Assembly: GCA_043781235.1 (NCBI GenBank)
Contig: JAYWBT010000114.1
Location: forward strand, 6,226 to 70,225
Reading direction: 5' to 3'
Length of the DNA: 64,000 nucleotides
From: Deltaproteobacteria bacterium
GTDB taxonomy: Bacteria > Myxococcota > Myxococcia > Myxococcales > 40CM-4-68-19
Under the pieces are notes generated by a model that had not been told where the DNA came from, ran no database searches, and saw only the letters and a list, made by a program, of their open reading frames with translations. Below, in pieces: positions 35,875 through 44,752 of the stretch; the first letter of the stretch is position 1; every line of letters starts with the position of its first letter. The position numbers were made by a program, and so were the translations under genes.

Positions 35875-36732
35875 TCAAACGTTCGTCTCGATGAGCAGGC
35901 TGAGATCGACCGCGACGGCCGAATGCGTGAGGGCACCCACAGAGACGTAGTCTACTCCGCAGGCAGCGACGCGGGGGAGCCGGTCCAGCGTCATGCCGCC
36001 GCTCGCCTCGGTGGGGACGCGGCCGGCGACCTTTCGCACCGCCGCCGCGAGCTCCGCGTCGCCGAGGTTGTCGAGCAACAGCATCTGCGCGCCGGCCTCG
36101 AGCGCCTCCTCGATCTGCGCCGGCGTCGACACCTCGGCTTCGACCAGGAGCAGCGGCGAGGCGTGGGCCCGCGCGCCCCGCACCGCCTCGCCGATGCCGC
36201 CCGCTGCGGCCGCGTGGTTGTCCTTGACCAGGATGCCGTCGAACAGCGCGCCGCGATGGTTCGTGCCACCGCCCGCGCGCACCGCGGCCTTCTCCAGCTG
36301 GCGCAGACCCGGCGTGGTCTTGCGCGTATCGAGCAGGCGGGTCTTCGTTCCGCGGAGCGCGTCGGCGTACTGGCGGGTCTTGGTCGCGATGCCCGAGAGC
36401 CGCTGCAGGAAATTGAGCGCGGTGCGCTCGGCGGTCAGCAGCGCGCGCAAGGACCCGCGCACCCGCAGGACGCCGGCCCCCGGCTCGAGCGTCTCCCCCT
36501 CGACAGCGAGCGGCCACAACTCGCAGCCGGGGTCGAGCGCGCGGAAGACTCGCGCCGCCGCCGAGATGCCGGAGAGGACCAGCTTCTCCTTGACCACGAT
36601 GCGCGCCGTGCCGCGCGCGCCCTCGGCGACGCAGGCCTCGGCGGTGCGGTCGCCCGGGCCGACATCCTCCTCGAGGGCCAGGGCGATGAGGCGGCCGACA
36701 GCGTCGTCGGGCCGCCCCAGGTCGAGCGCCAC
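35875..36732 (-). CDS. nadC: Nicotinate-nucleotide pyrophosphorylase (quinolinate PRTase)
   Basis: Full-length NadC-like sequence (LLDTRKTTPGLR, KDNH, VEAEV, LLDN). The GTG start lies 2 nt after the valS stop. Confidence 0.92.
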   Translation of the reverse strand: MALDLGRPDDAVGRLIALALEEDVGPGDRTAEACVAEGARGTARIVVKEKLVLSGISAAARVFRALDPGCELWPLAVEGETLEPGAGVLRVRGSLRALLTAERTALNFLQRLSGIATKTRQYADALRGTKTRLLDTRKTTPGLRQLEKAAVRAGGGTNHRGALFDGILVKDNHAAAAGGIGEAVRGARAHASPLLLVEAEVSTPAQIEEALEAGAQMLLLDNLGDAELAAAVRKVAGRVPTEASGGMTLDRLPRVAACGVDYVSVGALTHSAVAVDLSLLIETNV

Positions 36733-36734
36733 GG

Positions 36735-39700
36735 CTACTTCTTGCCCTTGCGCGCGGCCGGCTTTTTGGCTTTTTTCGAGGCGCCCCGGGTTGCCTTGCC
36801 CGTCTTCTTCGCCGGCGCCTTCGCCTTCTTGCCGGCCTTCGCGCTGCCCTTGGTGGCGGGCTTCTTTGCGGCCGCCTTCGCCTTCGACGCCGCGTTCTTC
36901 GCCGCGTTCTTCGCCGCGGGCTTCGCCTTGCCGGCGGAGCGCTTTGCCGCCGCGGCCTTCGGCTTCGCGCTCGCCTTGGCGGCCGGCTTCTTCGCCACAG
37001 GTTTCGCCGCCGGCCTTGCTTGGGCCGCCTTCTTCGCCGGCGCAGGCTTCGCCGCGGCGCTCTGCGCCTTCGCTGCAGGCTTCGCCTTCGCCGCTGCGCT
37101 GCTCGCGGCCCTGGGTGCGGGCTTGCCCTGCGCGGCGGGCTTCGCTGCCGGCTCCTTGTCGACCTGGCCTCCGCCGGCGCCCGGCGCGCTCTCGCCTTCC
37201 TTCGCCATCACCGCGCGCGCGATCGACTTGACCTTGCTGATCGCCTTGGCCGCGAAGCCCGGCTCGCCGTCGCCTTCCGCCGCCTCGTGCGCGTTTTCGT
37301 TGCCCTCCTGCGTCTGCGCGGGCTCGGCCGGCTTGTGCTCCTGCCCGCTGGGCGCGTCGTGACCGCCCGGCTGGGCCCCGCCGCCCTGCCGCGGCGCGCC
37401 CTCATGGCCGGCAGGACCGCCGTGAGTGCCCATCTGATCGAGGCTGCGGTGGCCTTGATCGGTCCCGGCGATGCCTTGTCCGGGCTGCTTGTTCTCCGGG
37501 TTCTTGTCTTCCTGCATTCCACCCTCCGGGTTGCTGGTGACGCGCGCCAGATGGCGCGCAAGCTTTTCCCGCTTCGCTGTGAGCTCCTCCGCGCGGGCGC
37601 GGTCCTTCTCGACGACATCCTTCGGTGCGCGCTCGACGAACCCCTCGTTGCCGAGCCGTTTCTTGATTCCGGCCAACTCCGCTTCGAGCCGCGCCAGCTC
37701 CTTCTCGATCCGCGACCGCTCGGCGGCGAAGTCGATCAGGCCCGCGAGCGGCAGGTGGACCTCCACCTCGGGCTCGACGTGCACTGCGGCCTGCAGCGGC
37801 CGTGGCGCGCCGGGCTGGGTAAGCCGCACCGGCTGCGCGTTGGCGAGATGTCCGAACGCCTGCGCGTGCCTGTCCAGCAGCGCGCGCGCCCGCGCATCGC
37901 GCGGGATCAAAACGAGGGGCACCCGCATGTTGGGCGGCAGGTTCACCTCGCCGCGCACCGAGCGGGCGCCGTCGATGGCGCGCTCGACCAGATCCATCTC
38001 CGCCTCGGCCGCGGCGTCGATCAGCCTGGGGTTCGCTTCGGGGAATGGCGCGATCATGATCGACCGCGGGCTCCCGCGCTTTTTCGGCAGCCGCTGCCAG
38101 ATCTCCTCGGTGACGAAGGGCATGAACGGGTGCAGCAGCCGCAGCGCGCCCTCGAGCGCCCGCAGCAGCGACGCCACCGCGCCGGCCCGCGCTGCCGCGG
38201 CGTCCGGCCGGGCGGCGTCGCCGTAGAGCGCCGGCTTCGATAATTCGATCGCCCAGTCGCAGAGCTCGTTCCAGATGAATCGATAGATGTGATTCGCCGC
38301 GTCGCTCAACCGCAGCTCCTCGAGCGCTTCTCGAGTCGCGTCGGCGCAGCGCTGGTAGCGGCTCAGGATCCACCGGTCGTAAACGGAGACGGGTGGCGCC
38401 GGGCGGTCGGGGTCGTGGTCCGCGGCGTTCATCAGCACGAAGCGCGCCGCGTTCCAGATCTTGTTCGCAAACGATCGATAACCGCCGATGCGATCTTTCG
38501 ATAATTTGATGTCGCGCCCCTGCCCCGCCATGGCGGCGAGCGTGAAGCGCAGCGCATCGGCGCCGTAGGTTTTGGTGAGGTCGAGCGGGTCGATGACGTT
38601 GCCCCGCGTCTTCGACATCTTCTCGCCCTTCTCGTCGCGCACCATGGCGTGCAGGAAGACGGTCCGGAAGGGCACCTCGCCCATGAAGTGGAGGCCGAGC
38701 ATGGCCATCCGGGCGACCCAGAAGAAGAGGATGTCGAAGCCCGTCTCCATCACCGAGTTCGGGTAGAAGGTCTTCAAAGCCGCCGTCTGCTCAGGCCAGC
38801 CGAAGGTCGAGAACGGCCACAGTCCCGACGAGAACCAGGTGTCGAGCACATCGGGATCCTGCGTGAGCTTCTCGCTGCCGCACTCGGCGCACGCCGTCGG
38901 CGTCGCGCGAGCCACGGTGACGTGACCTTGCTCGCAGTACCAGGCCGGGATCTGGTGGCCCCACCACAGCTGGCGCGAGACGCACCAGTCGTGGATGTTG
39001 CGCATCCAGCGGAAGAACTCGTCGCGCCAGTTGGCGGGCACGAACTGGATACGTCCCGCCTCGGTCGCCTCGATCACCTTGGCAGCCAACGGCGCCGTCT
39101 TGACGAACCATTGCTTGCTCAAGAGCGGCTCGACCACGCTTCCGCAGCGCTGGCACTTGCCCAGCGCCAGTACATGCGGCTCGGTGCCGCGCTCGAGCCC
39201 CAGCCCGGCGAGCTTCGCCTTCAGCGCCGCTCGCACTTTGATGCGGTCCTGACCGGCGAACTCACCCGCGTTGGCGTTGAGCGTGCCGTCGGGGTTGAGG
39301 ATGTTGACGAGCGGCAGCCCGTGGCGTTTGCCGACCTCGAAGTCCTCGAAGCTGTGCGCGGGCGTGACCTTGACGGCGCCGGTGCCGAACTTCGGGTCGA
39401 CCAGCTCTGCGTCGGCGATGATCGGGAAGGTGCGATGCAAAAGCGGGTGCGTGACGAGCTTGCCGATCAGGTGCTGGTAGCGGGGATCGTCGGGGTGGAC
39501 GGCGATGGCCGTGTCGCCCAGCATCGTCTCCGGCCGCGTGGTGGCAACGACGATTTCGCCGTGCGCGTTGGCGAGCGGATAGGCGAACTTGTAGAGCTCG
39601 CCCTGCGAGCCCTCCTCGTGATCGACCTCGAGGTCGGAGAGCGCGGTGCCGTCCTTCACGCACCAGTTGATCAACCGCTCCGCGCGGTAGAGCAGGCCAT

Positions 39701-40253
39701 CCTCATACAGCCGGACGAAGGCCTCGCGCACCGCGCGCGACGACTGCTCGTCCATGGTGAAGCGCTCCCGCTGCCAGTCGAGCGAGGCGCCCAGCACGCG
39801 GTGTTGCAGCGCGATCCGGGAGCCCTGCTGTTCCTTCCACGCCCAGACGCGCTTGAGAAACTCCACGCGCCCGAGGTCGTAGCGCGACTTGCCCTCCTTC
39901 TTCTGCAGCTCGCGCTCGACCACCATCTGCGTAGCGATGCCGGCATGATCGATGCCCGGCAGCCAGCAGGCGTTGAAGCCGCTCATGCGCTTGAAACGGA
40001 TGAGCACGTCTTGCAAAGTTGCGGTGAGCGCGTGTCCGAGGTGCAGCGAGCCGGTCACGTTGGGCGGCGGCAGGACCATTGCGAACGGCGGCTTGTCGCT
40101 TTGATCCTCGGCGTGGAAGAGGCCCTGCTCTTCCCAGAAGCGCGCCCAGCGAGCTTCGACCTGGGCAGGCTCGTAGCCCTTGTCGAGCTCGGGCGCGGCT
40201 GCGGCCGGCCCTCCCCTCGTCACCACCGCCGCCGGAAAACCAAATTCGGTCAT
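36735..40253 (-). CDS. valS: Valine--tRNA ligase with a ~270-aa C-terminal extension ending in a Lys/Ala-rich histone-H1-like tail
   Basis: HIGH (PNVTGSLHLGHA), KMSKS (KMSKTRGN), the editing domain and the C-terminal coiled coil (...REKLARHLARVTS) are all present. About 270 extra residues follow (Gly/Gln/Glu-rich, then AKPAAKA/KKAA repeats). The start is ATG 40253 with an AGGGGA RBS. Confidence 0.95.
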   Translation of the reverse strand: MTEFGFPAAVVTRGGPAAAAPELDKGYEPAQVEARWARFWEEQGLFHAEDQSDKPPFAMVLPPPNVTGSLHLGHALTATLQDVLIRFKRMSGFNACWLPGIDHAGIATQMVVERELQKKEGKSRYDLGRVEFLKRVWAWKEQQGSRIALQHRVLGASLDWQRERFTMDEQSSRAVREAFVRLYEDGLLYRAERLINWCVKDGTALSDLEVDHEEGSQGELYKFAYPLANAHGEIVVATTRPETMLGDTAIAVHPDDPRYQHLIGKLVTHPLLHRTFPIIADAELVDPKFGTGAVKVTPAHSFEDFEVGKRHGLPLVNILNPDGTLNANAGEFAGQDRIKVRAALKAKLAGLGLERGTEPHVLALGKCQRCGSVVEPLLSKQWFVKTAPLAAKVIEATEAGRIQFVPANWRDEFFRWMRNIHDWCVSRQLWWGHQIPAWYCEQGHVTVARATPTACAECGSEKLTQDPDVLDTWFSSGLWPFSTFGWPEQTAALKTFYPNSVMETGFDILFFWVARMAMLGLHFMGEVPFRTVFLHAMVRDEKGEKMSKTRGNVIDPLDLTKTYGADALRFTLAAMAGQGRDIKLSKDRIGGYRSFANKIWNAARFVLMNAADHDPDRPAPPVSVYDRWILSRYQRCADATREALEELRLSDAANHIYRFIWNELCDWAIELSKPALYGDAARPDAAAARAGAVASLLRALEGALRLLHPFMPFVTEEIWQRLPKKRGSPRSIMIAPFPEANPRLIDAAAEAEMDLVERAIDGARSVRGEVNLPPNMRVPLVLIPRDARARALLDRHAQAFGHLANAQPVRLTQPGAPRPLQAAVHVEPEVEVHLPLAGLIDFAAERSRIEKELARLEAELAGIKKRLGNEGFVERAPKDVVEKDRARAEELTAKREKLARHLARVTSNPEGGMQEDKNPENKQPGQGIAGTDQGHRSLDQMGTHGGPAGHEGAPRQGGGAQPGGHDAPSGQEHKPAEPAQTQEGNENAHEAAEGDGEPGFAAKAISKVKSIARAVMAKEGESAPGAGGGQVDKEPAAKPAAQGKPAPRAASSAAAKAKPAAKAQSAAAKPAPAKKAAQARPAAKPVAKKPAAKASAKPKAAAAKRSAGKAKPAAKNAAKNAASKAKAAAKKPATKGSAKAGKKAKAPAKKTGKATRGASKKAKKPAARKGKK

Positions 40254-40271
40254 TTCCCCTACCAGCGAGCG

Positions 40272-40311
40272 CAAAAGCGCGCGGCGCGCCCCTCTTGGAA
40301 GCGCGCCGCGC
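40272..40311 (-). terminator. Probable intrinsic terminator after the RomR-like gene (11-bp GC stem, 11-nt loop, short U-tract)
   Basis: gcgcggcgcgc (40279..40289) pairs with gcgcgccgcgc (40301..40311). The minus strand continues GCTTTTGC. Confidence 0.45.
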
Positions 40312-40345
40312 TAGATACCATAATCGAAAAGCAAGTGCGCGCAGG

Positions 40346-41683
40346 TTACGCGCCGCGCTCCTTGATCAGCCGCTCCAGCTCTTCGCGAATGATGGTCTCC
40401 GCGAGTTCGGGGACCACCTCCCAGGCGATGCGCTCGATCACCTCGCGGCTCGCCTTGGAGAGCGCCTCGCGGAGCATCGCCTCGCCACCGTCGGGGCTTG
40501 GGGCGCGGGTCTTCGCGGCCGGCGGGACGACCGAGAGACTCGGCGCCAGCTTGGGCAAAGGCGGCGGCACCGCGCGCAGCGTATGCGGCGGAGCGGGCGT
40601 CTCTTCGACGAAGTCGTCCTCGTCCATCGAGATCTCGTCATCGAGATCTTCCACCGGCGGCGGCGCGGGCCTGGCAGCGGGAGGCGGGGCCGCGGGCCTG
40701 GCAGCGACGGGCGGAGGCGCGGACGGCCTCGGCGCGGGTGAGGGAGGTCTGACGGCAGCTGCGGGCACAGGAGCGCCGGCGGGCCGCGGAGGAGCGGCGG
40801 CGGGAGGCCGGGTCCCTGCAGGAGGAGGTGTCGACGGACGCGGCGTCCCCGGCGCAGGTGGAGGCGCCGACGGACGCGGCGCCCCCTGCGCAAAGGGCCG
40901 CGCACCGACAGGAGCGGGAGGCACTGAAGGACGCGGCGCGCCCGCAGGGCCTGGCGGCCTGGCTCCGGACGCCGCAGGAGCGCCGGGCCCAGCGACGGCG
41001 GGCCGCGCGGCCGGCGGCATCGAGGTTCTGGCGGGCGCGGGTGCCGGTGCGGGCTGGCGCGCGGCCGGAGGCGTGGAGACCGCGGGCCGGGGCGGGCCGC
41101 CGGCCAGCGCCCCGGGCGGGCGCGGCATCATCATGGTCCCACCGCTCGCGCCGGGCGCGGCGGCCGGGCGCGGCGCGGCCGGTGGCGGAGGCCTCGAGGC
41201 TGCGGGCGCCGGCGGCCTTGAGATCTGAGCCGGCAGCGGAGCCTGCGAGGACGCCGCCGGCACGGCCGGCCTGGGCGCTGCGGCCACTGGAGCGGGAGCC
41301 GGCGCCGGGACGGCCTTCGGATTCGCCAGGATCTGCTTCACCTGATCGACCAGCTTGGTGGAGTCGAACGGCTTGGGCATGTGCCCGTTCGCGCCCACCG
41401 CGATAGCCCTGGCGGGATCGATCGGGGTACCTCCGCCGAGCAGCAGCACCGGGATGTGCCTGAGCCCCGCGTCGGCGCGGATCCTCTCGCACAGCTCGTA
41501 GCCGCCGAGCCTCGGCATGCTGACGTCGGCGAGGATGAGATCGGGCTTCAGCTCCCGAGCCCGCGCCAGCGCATCCTCGCCGTTGTCGACCATCGTCAGC
41601 GAGACATCCTCGCGCGCGAAGGTCATGCTGACCGCCTGCTGAATAGTGACGGAGTCGTCGGCGAGGAGCAAGGACTTGGGCAT
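40346..41683 (-). CDS. romR: RomR-like response regulator: receiver + long Pro/Ala-rich linker + conserved acidic C-terminal helix
   Basis: The receiver has ADDS, LILADVSMP (phospho-Asp) and MPKPF. About 230 aa of PAPxP low complexity follow. The C-terminus is REVIERIAWEVVPELAETIIREELERLIKERGA. The architecture matches M. xanthus RomR, and a groEL neighbour is as I recall in M. xanthus. GGAGG RBS. Confidence 0.55.
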   Translation of the reverse strand: MPKSLLLADDSVTIQQAVSMTFAREDVSLTMVDNGEDALARARELKPDLILADVSMPRLGGYELCERIRADAGLRHIPVLLLGGGTPIDPARAIAVGANGHMPKPFDSTKLVDQVKQILANPKAVPAPAPAPVAAAPRPAVPAASSQAPLPAQISRPPAPAASRPPPPAAPRPAAAPGASGGTMMMPRPPGALAGGPPRPAVSTPPAARQPAPAPAPARTSMPPAARPAVAGPGAPAASGARPPGPAGAPRPSVPPAPVGARPFAQGAPRPSAPPPAPGTPRPSTPPPAGTRPPAAAPPRPAGAPVPAAAVRPPSPAPRPSAPPPVAARPAAPPPAARPAPPPVEDLDDEISMDEDDFVEETPAPPHTLRAVPPPLPKLAPSLSVVPPAAKTRAPSPDGGEAMLREALSKASREVIERIAWEVVPELAETIIREELERLIKERGA

Positions 41684-41847
41684 GCGAGAGCCGCCTCCTA
41701 TGAGCGGCCCAAGCTGTACAGGGTCAGTCAGGCAGAGGCAAGTTCCGGCGGCTCGCGATCCATCTCAAAGCCGCACCTAGGCCGCCGCCGCGCGTCCCCG
41801 AGCGCTGACGGCGGCACAGGCGCGTCGGCGAATACGCCGACAGGCTC

Positions 41848-43615
<1,768 letters not shown>

Positions 43616-43621
43616 GGGCGC

Positions 43622-44335
43622 TTGTTCTACCAAAGCGCCATGATCGCCTTCGTTTCAGCCTGCGCTGCCTCGCTAGCCCTCCTCGCCGCTGCCGGCGCTG
43701 CGCCCAACACCGGAAAGATCGCGGGGCGCATCACGCTCGCCGGTTTGGCTCCCAAGCTCGCCAACCTGCCGGTGACGAAGGACCTCAAGATCTGCGGCAC
43801 CAGCAAGCCGGAGGAGGCGCTTGAGGTCGGCAGCGGTGGCGGCCTGAAGAACATCGTCCTCTGGCTGCCTGAAGGACCGAAACCGGTGGTGCACGAGGTG
43901 GCGCGCAAGAAGTTGAAGCTCGACCAGCAGGCGTGCCAATTCGTGCCGCACGTGATCGCGGCGGAGGTGGGGTCCACGCTCGATATCGTCAACAGCGACG
44001 CGGTGCTGCACAACGTCCACGCCACCGAGAAGGAGGCCAAGGCGTTCAACTACGCGATGCCGATCAAGGGACAGGTGGTCCCGACCAAGCTCAAGACCGT
44101 GGGCACGCTCAAGCTCAAGTGCGACGTGCACCCGTGGATGCGCGCCACCGTGCACGTGCTGCCGACCAGCGCCTTCTCGGTCACCGGCGATGACGGCAGC
44201 TACCTGATCGACGGCGTTCCTCCGGGGCACTACAAGCTGCACCTCTGGAGCGAGCGGCTGGGCGAGCGCGACGTCGAGGTGGACGTCTCAGCCGGGCGGA
44301 CTACGCAACACGACGTCGCGCTCACGCCGCGCTGA
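43622..44335 (+). CDS. Secreted cupredoxin-like (type-1 Cu site) protein with a C-terminal CarboxypepD_reg-like domain
   Basis: The signal peptide is MIAFVSACAASLALLAAAGA. Putative Cu ligands are HNVH ... CDVHPWM (Cys-x2-His-x2-Met). The C-terminus is FSVTGDDGSYLIDGVPPGHYKLHLW. The start may be ATG 43640. Confidence 0.65.
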   Translation: MFYQSAMIAFVSACAASLALLAAAGAAPNTGKIAGRITLAGLAPKLANLPVTKDLKICGTSKPEEALEVGSGGGLKNIVLWLPEGPKPVVHEVARKKLKLDQQACQFVPHVIAAEVGSTLDIVNSDAVLHNVHATEKEAKAFNYAMPIKGQVVPTKLKTVGTLKLKCDVHPWMRATVHVLPTSAFSVTGDDGSYLIDGVPPGHYKLHLWSERLGERDVEVDVSAGRTTQHDVALTPR

Positions 44336-44742
44336 TGGCCGCCCAACTCGAGCCAAATTTTCTGGTCGCCTGGGTGCGCGCCGAGCTCGCGCAGAGCGGC
44401 GAGGAGCCGCTGATGGACGCGCTCGCGGCGCGCGCGCGGCAGGACGGACTCGACGAGGAAGAGGCGCAGCTCGATGTGGCCGGCCAGCTGGCGGAGCGGC
44501 GCGGGCTGCTCAACGCGCTGGAGACGGCCGCCGGCGATCTCTGGCTCGCCGAGGTGCGCGAGGCGCGCGGCTTGAGTGAACGGCTGGAGAAGGCGGGGCC
44601 CTCCTGCGTCGCCTTCCTGCGTGCCACGCCTGGCGCGGCGGCGCGGCTCGCTTCCCTGGCCGAAGCGCTACAGCGCGAGCCCGGCAAGACGGTCGCGGAG
44701 CTCACGGTTCTGGGCGGCACTCCCGGCTGCTCGACGCGGTAG
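44335..44742 (+). CDS. Hypothetical acidic helical protein (135 aa)
   Basis: The frame is GC3-rich, and its ATG overlaps the upstream stop (TGATG 44333..44337). No family recognised. Confidence 0.5.
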   Translation: MAAQLEPNFLVAWVRAELAQSGEEPLMDALAARARQDGLDEEEAQLDVAGQLAERRGLLNALETAAGDLWLAEVREARGLSERLEKAGPSCVAFLRATPGAAARLASLAEALQREPGKTVAELTVLGGTPGCSTR

Positions 44743-44752
44743 AGTGGGGCCC

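Noticed and set aside
34838-36517. A 559-aa ORF that fuses birA with upstream sequence.
   Set aside because: The upstream ~215 codons overlap nadC in another frame and are Arg/Gly/Pro-rich. BirA homology begins at the wHTH just after 35863.
38236-38245. TTATCGAA(A/G) (the coding-strand reading of the TTCGATAATT motif) as DnaA boxes.
   Set aside because: It matches TTATNCACA only in TTATC plus two more positions (2 mismatches in the critical CACA). It has no clustering typical of oriC, and dnaA/dnaN are not nearby.
40640-41250. A highly repetitive GC-rich stretch, considered as a possible CRISPR array or tandem repeat.
   Set aside because: It is the Pro/Ala-rich linker of the RomR-like protein (PAPxP codons). 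It has no regular repeat-spacer periodicity and stays in frame with the flanking conserved domains.
41823-41840. The hairpin GTCGGCG-aata-CGCCGAC, 8 nt after the groEL stop, considered as a terminator.
   Set aside because: It has a 7-bp stem but no U-tract. It may be a GC-type terminator or an mRNA-stabilising hairpin, but I cannot support a call from sequence alone. The same applies to the hairpin at 16961..16978.
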